A stretch of 63,158 bases of DNA, the filler included, from Sphacelaria rigidula (lineage: Eukaryota): the NCBI GenBank assembly GCA_964200075.2. It is 7 parts of 7 records of this genome, joined end to end, with 100 filler letters (N's around TTAATTAATTAA, not from the genome) between each part and the next. Parts side by side here need not be neighbours in the genome. Positions count along the whole stretch, not along the records: positions 36,152 to 45,087 come from CAXNAA020009703.1; positions 45,188 to 54,123 come from CAXNAA020009704.1; 5 more parts are not named here. One strand, written 5' to 3'. Numbering within the stretch: the stretch's first letter is position 1; every line of letters begins with the position of its first letter. A program made the position numbers and the translations under genes. The notes under the pieces were generated by a model. The model saw only the letters and a list, made by a program, of their open reading frames with translations. It did no database searches and was not told where the DNA came from. Shown here one piece after another: positions 36,591 to 49,712 of the stretch.

Positions 36591-39500
36591 GAGCCCCTCC
36601 TACGAGAGGCAGCCCTGGCGCAAATCCACAACTTCGGACAAACACCATCGCTCGTGCTCAAGAAACCGCACCCGCCGAGAGAAGTTCCTGCGGTGGTGCG
36701 CATCTCGGCGGCAGACGGCTCTCGCAGCGCCGACCCATCCGCGGTAGAGTGGCACGCCTCTTTGACGCCGCCCTTGTGCATTGTCGGAGCACCGGACGCG
36801 GTCGCCCTGAAGCCCGTCGCCTTGACAAGCCCCAGCGGCGCGTGGCAGGCTAGCTCGGGCGGCGGCGTCGGCGATGCGAGGATTGTACGCGATAAGGTGA
36901 ATGAATAACGGGGGTATGGCGTGGAAGGGGTAAAAGATGTGATGTTCATCAAGATATTCATGGATTCTTCAATGGATCGGATTGAGAGAAAAAAAGGTGG
37001 AGGGGTCTGATTTGTCCCTACTGTCGTAGCTTACCATCGTCCTTCAACGGGGAGATCCGAAAAACCTTGGAGCCGGACGTTGACTCGCAACTGCATCTGC
37101 ATTTTGAAAACGGGGGCGGGGAATAGTGGGGTTTTTCATTTCACGTAATTTTTTTTGTGTGCATTGCTTCTCGCGAACGTTTGGTATAAGCTCATCACAG
37201 ACATTACGGTACGGCATGGCAACGAGATGACGCAATTCTTACAAGGGCAATTTGACGAGACACCACAGTAGGGTAGAGTAGAGTTTTTCCCTCAATGTTT
37301 TTGGAAGTCGAACGTGACTTCTCCAACAACCTGCCGCGCCGGGGAGACCAGACTCCCACCTTGTGAAACTTGGAGCTGGGCTCTTACCCGCGATGTCACC
37401 CAAAATCTCTAAAAAACGACGGGGGAGAGGGGGAGATGAATCATTCGAGGAACGAGTTGGCCCATTTGTTGCTTTGGTTCATCAAATACTCGTTTGATCT
37501 GGTCTATTGAATGACTGATCCATGTGTTCAATTTTCTATGCCCTGTACGAATCCAAGCAGTCGTGGTGGTCGTAAGATATATGTAGCCCCCTCCCCCCTC
37601 CCCGTTACTCCAAGATGAATGAATGAACGACAACTTTTACTCTATCCTAATTTTTTTCGCTGTCCTTGTGGTGTGTTCTGTGATGGGTACTCGGTTCCTA
37701 CTCTGTTGTGTTGCTGTTGGCTAGATTGTGGGCGTGGGTCAAGGGGCAGTCCTATACCCCCGCTCTCCCGACAAATATCTGCGATTCGGCGGCGCCAGTC
37801 ACGGACTGTCCTTCTTCCAGGCCGCGGGTACAGCATCTTCCTCTTCAAAATCATCCTCGGACAGGCGAGTCACTCAAGGATAGGCTAGGCGGAGGAGGGC
37901 AGGGGGGAGAAGAGTGGGTAGGGTGGCGTAATTTTTTCTATTCTGGGTGACGAGCAAACAAATGATGAGCAGTTGGCGCAACCTTGAGCATATCGTGTGA
38001 CGTGACAATTTGGTGATTGATACAAGCTACTGTAGCTATACACTTTGTTTTGGGGACTATGTATGTATGTATGTATGCGAGATTTTAATCAATCGGTTTG
38101 TTACAAGAAGTCTTGTCAAACCTCCGTAGTAAGCTGACGGGAGATGGGCACAAACACACACGCTGTAGAATGAAAAGTGGGCGCCGATAAAGGGCGTCTC
38201 CAGGGTGTCCTGTGCAGCTTGCGGCTAGGTTCGTCCGTGGGCCGTAAGACTAGACTAGACGAATTTCACTCCCTTCAGTCGATCTGGGCGAGATGTTGGT
38301 CAGACTTGCTTGTGCCAGCCGGCGCACCTCTCGGCTCGTGTTATCGAGGTCGGTACGAGAACTCCCGCTGTTTATTAGGGTCACGGAATCCAACAAATAC
38401 ACCCAAGACGGACCCCTTCAGGTTGATCCCACGTCGCTGTCGGAAAGATCTTTGCCGTGCCGCAAGGGCCTCTCGATCGGGGATTGCATGTTGTGGCGTC
38501 GGTGTCTGGTCCGCACATACTTTTGTGGCTTCGACACGTACAGATCGTTCTACGCTGCGCAGTGTCATACGAAACAAATGTACTGTATCAACCTATTGTA
38601 AGATAATATGTCAGTGACGATGTTATGAAAGAACACCTAGCATCCTCATGATTTTGATTTTTTTTTTTTTGCGTTTTTGCGTTTTGACTGGCTACCTCAG
38701 GCTGCTCTCTTCCCATTCATCGCTGCACAACGCTCCGGTCACGGCACTGGCCTGCGCCGAGGACGGCCAGCTGTTGCTCACCGGAGCGGCTGATGGCACC
38801 TGTCGGCTGTGGGGGGTGGTGAACGTTCAGCGCGGTGGGGGAGGGCAGGTGTGTCACGCATTACAGTGTTTTACTCCACGGTGTCAAATTTGACTATGTC
38901 ATACTCCACGATGTGTCATACTCGACTGTAGGTCATACTTCACCGTACGTCTTACTCCAGTGTCTGCATGTGCGTGCATGTGCGTGCTTGTGCGTTTTTA
39001 AAGTGGTTACCTTTCTCGTGTGTGTGTTTTCGATGTTTTCCGTGTTCTCTGTGTTCTCTGTGTTTTCTGCTTTTGTATTTGGCATGTAAAGATTAAAATT
39101 CCAAACCTTCGTGTCACTTGGTCCTTTTAATTATTCAGAGTTGTGGTTTCTCTCGTTACCACGGCGGGGTTCGTACACTGTAGTGACTAGTTTATGCGAG
39201 GAATGAGTTAGCGCGAATCAATCCGTCAAGTCGAAAAACGATCGTTGATGTCAGACAATCAATTGATCAACTAATCAACCAACAAACCAACAAATGAGCC
39301 GAAACTCATTGATCAATAATTCGGATAAAAACACACACTGTAGGAGCGTTTTTTTCGGTCCCCCCCCCTTATTTGATTGTCGCACATTAACTGTAGAAAC
39401 GAATGGGCTGTGGCAATTTTTGCTACAGGTGGCGAAAACGCTTGACCTCGTGGCTACCCTCGGCTGGCATGCGGGCCCGGTGACTAGCGCGTGCATGTGC

Positions 39501-42500
39501 ATGGGGAGTGGCACGGCGGTGACCGGCGGAGCTGGTGGGAAAGTGCTAGTGTGGGACATTCGGAGAAAGGTAACACATTACCACATCAATTTCATCACAC
39601 ATTCCCTTCTTCTTTCCTCTCTGGGGCCGTTGCTTGTGTCTTTTTCTGGTCATTTCCTTCTTTCTTCTTTTGTCATTCTGTCTTTTTTATTGCTGCTCCT
39701 GACCATGGGCCGGATTGTCGCAATCAGCTAATGTGAGATATAACCAATCAGTCAATATATTCGTCCAAATCCCTTCCCTGCAGACAGGTGTCATTTCGCC
39801 GTCGAGCTCTGATGAGCCAGCGTTTCGTCTTTACTTGGTTTTAGAGCACAGGGTTTTTTGCCAGTACCTCTTCGCTTGCTTTTCACCGGACATTAGGATG
39901 CGTTCTGAATCGCGTTGAGTTTTGGACTACATGTGCTTTTTTCACGCTCTGTTATGCATGACGTCACGGCATCATGGCGTAGCGACGCGCTCCATTTTAT
40001 TTCCGGTGTCCACGTCTGAGCGGACATTTCGACAGTCGGAGGTTTCGTCATTCATCTTGACCGCTCTTTTGTGGAATCCGTATCGTTTTTTCTTGAAAAT
40101 CGAATCGGCTATCATGTTCATCTGAGAATCGAAAGAGACGAGATACAATATTGTCACCGCTCTATCGGGGGAGAGATGGGTTGATCCGTTGAAATCACGG
40201 ACTCATCCCGAGGAAGGATAGGGGTTCGGCAAATATATAGAATAATAATGAAGAAGAAAAATCTCCGTTGAAGATAGTCTACCTCTCGGGCAGGACTTCC
40301 ACCCCTCGAGCGGGTTTTGATCTTTAACCCATGTCGCATCGTCTCAACCGTGCTCCCTGGTCTTCTGTCTCTGCACTGCTGCTGCAGCTGGTGCTGCTAC
40401 AATACGTTACGGCCCATGCAATTTTTGTCCATCATGCGTGGCTGGATGCAACATTTTTCGCGCCTTTTTTGAAGCCGAATTGGCATAATCTCAACGGTTG
40501 CTGACTCTTTGTGTGAGTGTACTGTGCACGCGTCTCGCACATTGTTTCTCATCGAACTCTCTGAACAAATTTGTGCAAGGTCACGCACAACGTGCTCAGC
40601 TGATGCAAGCAGCTAGAGCCTGTTTTTCATACTACGCCATGTGCTATTACGTAACGCGTGTAAGTATCACCGATGCTCATGTAAATTGGCTGTCGATCCA
40701 CTGATCGTGGCAGCGGAAGCCGACGAAAACCTTGTGTATATATGTATATATATATTCTTCAGGGAGATCGAATGGTGGGGGAAACGAGTGGGGAAATCAT
40801 ATTTCATGCCCTTGCTACGAGCTGGGCCAGCCGAGGAGTGAATTTATAGTTAGCAGGCCCATTAGCCGGCCAATATTTAGAGTTGGACCCTGAAATTTGG
40901 TATGGGCAATGAGTAGAGCATAATAAAACAAATACCAGTGCACACAAGATTTTTTTCCCCATGATTTAAAGGCATCGTACTGATACCTGAAAACTGATCA
41001 TTGCCCTTAAATGATGAGAAAAACCCTTGTGTGCACTGGTGATTTGGTTCATTACGCCCTATGCATTGTCCATACCAATTTTGAGGATCCAACTCTAAAT
41101 ATTGGCCGGCTAATGGGCCGTTTAGTGATGGGGTCGGTGGAAATTCGAAACAGTATTTTGCAGGCCACCTACCGGCCCACGTTGGTGTTTGTGTACTGAA
41201 ACTCTTCGTGGGCCGTGGCTGGGGCACAATTAACAAAACAAAGTGAGGGAGTTTTTTTTTGTTTACTGGTTTAGGGCGTTTTAGTGGGAAGGCCATATTT
41301 GCACGGGAACGCCTGAACCTCGCAAAAAAAAATGAGAGCCCGTTTTTTTTTGGGATACCTCTGTGGTTTTTCATGCAAACTTTCAAACCGCAATTCCAAA
41401 AATTGAGCGAAAGAATTGAGATAAGGCCTACGAGCAGTCTTCATTTCTCCTCAAAATTTTCCCCAAAAGCGATAAAAATGAAAGAAGAATGATTTCATTG
41501 TATCATGCACTAGCGGTTTTCCATACGAAATTTCATAGCACAACTCTCTAAAACTCGGACGCGATATCCAGACTTGAAGCATCTAGTGCCTCTGCTCGTA
41601 ATTTTTAGTATGAACCCCTATGTGTGCCATATCTCGAGATAGATGACGAATTAGGCGAATGTGGGGATACCTATCGTCTCCCCATGCTCCAGGGAATGTC
41701 CACACCAAAAGTCGTCGTCATCCGCTTAATGTATCCTTCGGGGTTTCATGTAGATTTTAGTATCGGCGCTATCTCCGTACGTTATCGCAATCAATAGACA
41801 TGGGGGTTTATTCAACGAGAAACTATTGGTTCAGACTTTTGAGCAGACGTGCACCTTCCCCTTGACTAGACGATTAATACGATATGCGGATCACGGCCCA
41901 ACTCGTCTTTGTCGATGAGATATTGCTATGAGAGCTTAAATCCGTTTCTAGGCTGGCCCAGCTCGTATAGTTTCTCCTTTTTTTTTGCTGCCCTTGTGAA
42001 GATGGTGTTACTTTTGCGTGTGTGATTTTCTTCTTGTGTGTGTCTGAAACGCTTGGATTTTAACTTGGAAGCTTGGATTTTAACCGCCCGCTCTCTCCTC
42101 CGGACGAGTCGTTCTTAGGGTCAAGATTATTACGAAAATACTGTGCTTGGCTCTGACAGGACAAAATGCTTGGCTCTGGCGTCGATTTTAGACCTTCGCC
42201 TGGTCGGGAGGGTACCCCGTCAACCTTTCAAGTACATGTGGCGACACTTTCCTCTACTATACTGTGCTGTGTTTCCCGGAGAAGAACCACTGTGCATGAC
42301 GGGTAGAACCACTTTGTAATACGGGCAGAACCACGTCGCCCCGGTGAGCCGTTGGTGGCAGACCCGCATTTTCCTCCAAACCAGGAAACGACAGAGACAA
42401 CGTCACCCCCTTAGCATCCGTGCGCAAGCGTGCCGCTCTTGTTCATCCTCCGCGAGGGGTTCGCGATCATTGTTGTGGCGGAAGAGGCGACACCTTCGCC

Positions 42501-44995
42501 TAACGAAGAGGGTCCGGACCCGGCAGGCCGTGGCCGCACACATAGCTCGTACCCTCTCTCAGTAGGGTTTGTAAATCACCAGAAAATAGCTGGTCTGCAA
42601 TCGTATATGCATCTCCGCTGTTGTAAAAGCGTCATCGGCACCGCTATGTGAATGAGATACGATACAAAGGCGTACAAGGAGCAGTCATGCTGTTTAGCTG
42701 TCAGCGTTGGGCAAACACAAGCCCAGACTGCCAACACAACCTCAACTTGGCTTGTTCTCGACCATTTTAACCCTTACACCGCGATGCGGGTAGTCTATCT
42801 GGATCACACACTTTTTTCAAGTGAAATTGATGCCGATTCAGTTGGTGACCTACCCTCGCGGTCAAGGGGTTGAGGCTGCTGCGATCTTATCGGGTAAAAA
42901 TAAAGAATATACGCGAAATCTTTGTAGCGCCCGAGTGTCCAGCTATGTTCCGCCTCGTCTACGGTTTTGTCGTCTTCCACGGGACAGCGAGGAGCTGCAG
43001 CAGGCGCGCGGGTACTAAAACGTTTAACCATCTTACCTGCCACGGTTCATCGTCCGTTGAATCACTACCATTTTCGCTCGAAAAATGACTAATACCACAT
43101 GACCCCACCTTGGCGGGGAAACGATTAAGTCACGTTAGAGAAGTCGCCTGTGCAGATTTTTGGGGCAGGTTTTTGGGGGTCATTTGGTGTGGATCTTGTT
43201 CAACGCTAACGTGGGGAAGTTCGGGGAGCACGGTTGGGAGCGAAGACGCCGGGTCTGTGACAAATGATGAACCCATGGTGGGAGTGTGTTTTTACTCTTG
43301 TGAGCACCAAGCATTTGGGAATCTTCTAATTAACTGCAGTGAGCACATGTCAAAACGGATGTCTTGTATTGGTGAGTCTTCCCACAATGGCCCCTCCCCC
43401 CCCAAAATAACAACAACAACAACAACAACAATAACAGAGTGTCTGGTTTCGGGGGGCAACATCTACACGTGAATCGATAAGACAAAATTAGAGCATAACG
43501 AGCTGCTCGGAATTCCCACGCTTGCGTTCGTTTTCGCCAATGTCACGCGCATGAGGCGCTTCATGCAGCCTGAAACGAAACATTAGGCGCTGTATGACCT
43601 TTTTGTTCGTGACAGTTTTGGGCTGGTTCTGGGTAGGGTTATCGTAGAAAGACTCTAGTATTCCCACGGGGAGCTCAAATGGACGGCTTCAAGGTCAGAA
43701 GCTCAACCTATTCGGCGCCAGAACGCCTTTCTGAACAGGTTCTACGACTGATCGTATAGCGCTGGCACTTTATGCCCTCGACACTGTACCGGCTGAGTAC
43801 CACCCCCAATGACGAACGTGGCCCTTTATTCCAGGGTCGCCCACTCCTTTCTCATGTATGATGCATAAATAAGGCTGCATTTTGAAACTTCTCCCGGTGT
43901 CCGGCTAGGTTCCCATCTGTGATTTCTGCCAGGCACCCCATGGGGTTGATACCAGGGCCAATCGTGAGAACGAAAAAACTGGCAGGATGTTCATCAGTAC
44001 CGAAAAATGGGCACGAGAAGAAGGCCACTGACTCGAGTGTCAAGAACAAAGTTGAAATCACTTTTCCATCACTTTTCCTCGCCTGCACGAATTCAAATCC
44101 CCTCCCCCCCCCCCTCACTCCTGTAAATGGTCTGATGACTATGGCATGCATGATCATGAGTATACCCCCTCACTCCTTGCGCGCCCCGTTTCTTGCGCTA
44201 TTTATAGTTTTCTCTGTTATCTTCCCCCTTATAACCGATCCCTCGTAACCCCACCCTCCGTAACCATGTCGCAACCACAGTCCTTCACGCGAGAGCTTTT
44301 GGGCCATCACAATGTCATCACTTCCGTGGGGATCAACCGGACTAATGGCAACGTAGTCACGCTGGCCGGCACAGAGCTGCGCGTGTGGACCGTCAACGGT
44401 CGACTGCTGGCGTCGTGCGCGATTACCGCCCTGCGGAGGGGGGCCACGCCTACGTGTGCTGCTCCGACGGACTGTCCTGATTGGCAGGTAACAAGAAATG
44501 AGATGCGAATAAAAAGTGGAGGTTGAAGAACTTCACTTCTATTTTATTGTCTTTGTGTAATTTATGTATTCATGTACATTGTTTTCGTCATACTTTGAAA
44601 CCCCCCACCCCCACCCCCTCGTCGGGACTTCTTCGTTTCGCCGGGGCTCTCTCTTCCGGTACATCCCTTCTTGTTTCGTAGTTTTTTGACAGCCTGTCCA
44701 ATCTGTCTATATGATGTGCACCGAAGGTTACGTGTTAACACGCTAAACAAGTCCACGAACCACGATGGTCGTGTTGCAGGAAGAGTTATATCATGTTCTG
44801 CTGCGATACTTTCCGCCGAACTACACGATCATGGGCTTAAATTAGTAAGAGAGGAAGTGTAGACAGGAACCGTCATCTCAAGCATCAACATGCGCCTGGT
44901 TCACCTGTTCTCTGCCTCTCTTTCCCAGTTGTATACTATCTTCTACATATATCATTAGTCGCAAATGGTTGATGGATCCCTGAGAAAGTAAACTG

Positions 44996-45026
<31 letters not shown>

Positions 45027-45087
45027 TGGCCCAGGACGGGGTTGCGCCGGGGCCTGGCCCCGAAAACGGGGGGGTTTGTCGTGGGGG
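36591..45087 (+). CDS. BEACH-domain/WD40 protein (WDFY3/neurobeachin-like), internal C-terminal part; spliced, partial at both ends
   Basis: Exons 36591-36896 (EPLLREAALAQIHNFGQTPSLVLKKPHPPR, the BEACH C-terminal motif), 37725-37864, 38701-38848 (HNAPVTALACAEDGQLLLTGAADGTCRLW), 39429-39569 (GWHAGPVT..VTGGAGGKVLVWD), 44281-44487 (GHHNVITSVGIN..LRVWTVNG..PDWQ) and a probable exon from 45035. Confidence 0.88.
39970..40605. repeat. Dispersed repeat, paralog at ~45285-45806
   Basis: Shared blocks TCCATTT..GTCT(G/C)AGCGGAC, TCTGCACTGCTGC and TGCAAGGTCACGCAC..GTGCTCAGCTGATG. Confidence 0.55.
40816..41967. mobile_element. 1.15-kb non-autonomous TIR transposon, TA-flanked (Tc1/mariner-like)
   Basis: TACGAGCTGGGCCAGCC ... 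GGCTGGCCCAGCTCGTA (17 bp perfect, extendable imperfectly). Confidence 0.8.
43435..43652 (+). mobile_element. MITE family C, decayed copy
   Basis: GGAATTCCCACGC..ATGAGGCGCTTCATGCAGCCTGAA..GGCGCTGTATG..TATCGTAGAAAG shared with 52089-52341. Confidence 0.6.
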
Positions 45088-46276
45088 NNNNNNNNNNNNN
45101 NNNNNNNNNNNNNNNNNNNNNNNNNNNNNNNTTAATTAATTAANNNNNNNNNNNNNNNNNNNNNNNNNNNNNNNNNNNNNNNNNNNNGAATGATCGAAGC
45201 CACTCTCAATCGTATCATCTACTCTCAATCTCACGAAAACACTGTTATTTGCATTCTGCGCTTTATTGTGCATGGTGTTACCGGGCTATGGCGTTGTGAT
45301 TAATTCCATTTAATATCTTGCGGCCATGTCTCAGCGGACCTTTCGAACGTCAGGGATACCGTCATACATCGTGACGGCTCTTCAAATAAAGAATCGGCAC
45401 CGTTTTCACTTGATAATCGGATCTTCATCACATTCATTTCACAATAACAAAACACGAGATAAACTCGTGCCACCGCTCTCCATTAAACACAGTTTTCCTG
45501 TCGAGACAGGGCTTGAACATCCCGAACGTGTTTTGACCTTACCCGCATGTCCCATCGTCTCAGTTGTTCTTCTTTTTTTCTGAATCTGCACTGCTGCGGC
45601 AGCGCTGCTACTTTTGCAGCAGATGTATGGGTCGTTTATGACTGTCCATCATTCACCTATTTTTCTATTTGAATCGACATCATCTCAACAGTTGCTGATT
45701 ATTTGTTGTGTGCGTGTGCTGTGCGTGCGCCTCACCCAAAGAATCGTTTCTTCTTGAATTCTAAATAGATATATGCAAGGTCACGCACCATGTGCTCAGC
45801 TGATGATCAGCTACAGCTTGATTGAGCTGTGTGTTTTTGGATTGCGGCGGCAGTGAGTGCTCCAGGTTCAACTCTGATTGTGTTGGGTTGAGTCAACCCT
45901 TGGCGCGTGCCCCTGTCAACGGAATATCTATGTTCCTCTTGGGGCTGAGAACGAGGCAGCGAGGTCATTTGTGAAATCGGCATCGCTTTTACTTGAAATC
46001 GAATCGGCATGTAGAACAAAGCGGGTCGCTATATATATATATATATATATATATCATATCGCGAGCCGTTGCAATTTTTGTGTCAGCAGTGGAGGCTCTA
46101 ATATCAATAGTTCTCAGCCTAACGGCCTCTTGCTTGTGTCGTTGCTCGGATTGGCGGGGATCTTATTTGCGTTGTCACACCCGCTCGAACTCCTCCGACC
46201 CTTTCTCAACCCCCACGTACCGTTCGCCGACATCGTTTATGGCAGTGATGCAATCATGCAAAGTTTCGGTCGCCAT

Positions 46277-48200
46277 GATTGATTCATTCATTCATTGTCG
46301 CACTTCAGTTGACCCCCCAGGGATCCAGCCGTGGTCATATGATAGATGTACCCGAGACAAAACAAAGCTGATACCGCCGAGGAACCACTTCCTTCGTTTT
46401 ACCTTGTGTGGAACAGTTCCTAGCGCAGTTAGGTGCTCCGGAGGGCGATCCTTCCAGTAGTTGGGAGGCCGACGAGCCTGTCTCTACTCGTTTGGCTAAC
46501 GGTCCGATCATGATGCGTTTCGGCAGTCACGTGTCGTCTTGCCAGACAAGGGCCCCGGCGAGCCAGACTTGGCGCTCTCGCGGATGATCGCCTCAATAAT
46601 ACCCTCCTCGCAGTTGGTCCTATCGAGCATAGCTCTGCACGAAAGTGGCTAGTATCTACTGCAGTTCTTCCTGCGTGATCCAGTTGATCGCCTTAAAAGC
46701 TTGTGGCGGGCAGCGCGCAGGCTTTCAAAGTTATCTGGTCGCAGCGCCCATGTTGCACATCGCTAGGACTTAGCTATTACAACCTCTGCTTCAAGTAATC
46801 GGAGATTCAGCGGGTGTTTGGCGTCGGGCCGATCGTCCAACTGCAAAGTGTACTCTCGGAGGCGTAGTCGTGCAGCGCCAAGGCAACGTTTGCTTCCGAT
46901 GGAGAAGTTTGTTTCTGCGCTGATGGCACAACATGTTCGACAAACTCGATCGCCTGTTCATACTTTTGGTCTGCCGCCTTGAGAGATCTAAACGTCGATG
47001 GTAGGGGTTTGCGCAATCAAGACTTTCGTGATCTCGGCTAAACTCGTTGCATTGGTGACTCCTGGTATTTCAGGATGATCGTGAGCTACCATCCTCAACA
47101 CTCGATTCATTTGCTTACGACGTGGTCGGGACGGCCACACAAAGACTGCTCTCGGATGAGGCAGTGGCCCGAGTTGTACCGTCGGTGGTTGGGTCCCAAT
47201 TAGTCCAAGATGCTGGAGTGATTCGCGCTCCAGCGGAATGACGGCTGACCACAATGCACATGTAACCTGTACCTTTGAAAAACTAAGGGCTATGTCGCCA
47301 ACGTGTTTGACTCGCAGGAAGCAGCCCCGACGCCAAAGGTGATAGATATTTCACGTTCGGGGGATGGTGACGAAGTTACGGGTATCACTTGGCTTGCGGA
47401 GGCTGCGTCCTTTGCTTTCGATAGGGATTCATCGGCCCAAGACATACTAGAATACCTGCAAGCAAGTCCTTACCCACGAAACCAAGACGGACTCGAAGTA
47501 CCAGACTTGAACGTCGAGCTGCACACTACTTCGCATAGCTAGTCTCCTTGCATTTCAGTTTCCGTGTCGGATACTTTACACCGTACTCTAGCTAGTGGAA
47601 GCAGCCAAGACCCAAGCCGCACCACCGCCTGCATTCGAATACGCAGAGCACCTTAATCGGGTTTTGCATCAACACTCCATTTCAACGACGTGTCTATTTC
47701 ATGCCGTGCAAGCGATGGTATTCCGCTGCTGCACATCACATCGTTAGTTTGTACATTGTCGCCCGATGTGAACAGCGGCAAACGTGAATGCCGCACATCG
47801 TCTTCGATCCAGCGGGAAGGTCGAACGGCCTATGCAAGAGACGCTATCTTTGAGAAGCATCGTGAGATCCTGAACGCGCCGATACCGAATCCGAACTCCC
47901 CGATGTCGAAAGGCGATGGGCGACGACACTCTATGGAACCAATTTTATCAGTTATCTCAAGGTAAACTGTCAGAGTCGGGTCGCCGTTATGATATACTAG
48001 TGCATGCAATTGGTCCCAGTGTAGCTCAGTCGAATGACTGGGTTCTGCCTGGTCATGATTGTTCCGTGGTTGTCGCAGACATTGTATACGACCAAAGACC
48101 CCATTACGATCCTGCACGACTAACAGAGTGCGGTGGACAAGTTAGTCGCAGATCACGAACAGGCTGTTGACGATGGTTCGAAGACATGAAGAGCGATCCA
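46277..48200 (-). mobile_element. Heavily decayed non-LTR retrotransposon (RTE-like LINE), 3' part
   Basis: Broken RT-like peptides on the minus strand (SVVAHRLS, MQAVVRL, KAADQKYEQAIEFV, AISAETNFSIGSKR) end in the tail CCCTGGGGGGTCAACTGAAGTGCGACAATGAATGAATGAATCAATC. The 5' limit is uncertain. Confidence 0.5.
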
Positions 48201-49712
48201 GGCCGTTAAGGAGAGACTTTTTTTTACTTGAAGTTTCTTATGCATTGCCCTCGTCCTTCATGTCGCTAGGACCACACACACGACTTTGAGAGCCTCTCGG
48301 CTCGAAACCGTAGGGTGCTGTGCGAGACGGTGAAGTCATGTCGGCGAGCCCATGACAGCCTGAGCTTTTATCTTTCAATTCATGGATCATTCTCACGAAG
48401 GCGTCGCGTACGAAGGAATGGTGACCGGCGGCACCTTCCGCACACACATTGGCTCCTGTCTCTTCAGGATGAATATTTTGTACTATTCTACCTCGCACCA
48501 ATCAAGCGTGATGAAATTTCTCGCTTCCTTTGGAGACCAGATGCAGGGACAAAGCCGTGGAGAAAGTGGAGAAACGGGCATACTCCTGTGGTAAGTTGCC
48601 GGAACGCCAGCGAAAACGAAGAACGGGCCCAGCAGCGCCGGGAGAACCGCTTCGACCGTCATCAGAGGACAAGGTCACAAAGACATCAATCTTGGAAAAC
48701 CTCGACGTACAACTTAGTTGGTGTGCACAGAAAACGCACAAAAAATCAGCTGCAAAGTACATGTGCGTGCAAAGTACATACTATACGAGTGCAACCGTCG
48801 ATGGAGATTGCCGTCACAAGTCGACGTAACTGAAGAACCTTCTTGCTTCCGTGTTTTTTCCTCTGTTTGCTTTCTTCGCAGGAGAACCTCTGGCTTATGC
48901 TGAAACTACCAAATGAAAACAATACAACTCAAGACGGCCCCCGCGTACATTATTCTGGCACCCTACCACAGACAACCCCTTTAATTCTTCACCTGCTACA
49001 TTCAGAAAATATACACATGATGTCTTCGCGTATTTTCAACGTGAAAAACTGAAAAACTGGATCATGATCGATTTACAGGCTCACGCCCACACGCAGGTTC
49101 GCATCAACGAGTTGGGAACCTCGTGTACTCTACAGACTGCTCGGAATTGTGTCTATCGTGCATGATAGGTGGTGCATCACCGCGCATACAGCGCTGCCGA
49201 CACCCGCGCTTCCACGCTTAGAAACATTCCGCGAGTTTTATGACACGCACACACCCTCTGGACAAATCTATGTACTATTAACAACTGTGCAGTCAGCTAT
49301 AGTATATACACATGTAAACAGGCACTCCCAGGCCTACACCTTCATACATTCAGACCCCACACACGAAGCAAGAGGCGAACATTTTAAACACGAACTTCCT
49401 TGTCTCGGACACTATATCTTCCGAAAACATACTGTACAGTTTGGCATGCCATGAACGTCATCGACAGAGCCTTACAACCCGTCAAAGACGCATAGGGTCT
49501 GCGGAAGCTTCCATTTTACACGAACATATTTTCAACAGATGCGATGCTACTCCCCCCAGACGTGTGTGCTATCGGACAGATTAGCAGCGAGAGATATGCC
49601 GATTGACACGCCTTGCATGCTTAGTATTACCGCAGTCGCGTGCACAAGCGTCATTGCAAGCCGCACCCATCTCGCGGTTTATGCTCGTAGAGGGTCATGT
49701 GGCCGCAGCGCG

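Noticed and set aside
44997..45087. Divergent or pseudogenised WD40 exon (DGVAPGPGPENGG)
   Set aside because: It follows a ~30-nt poly-C at a contig end where base calls are unreliable, so it cannot be interpreted.
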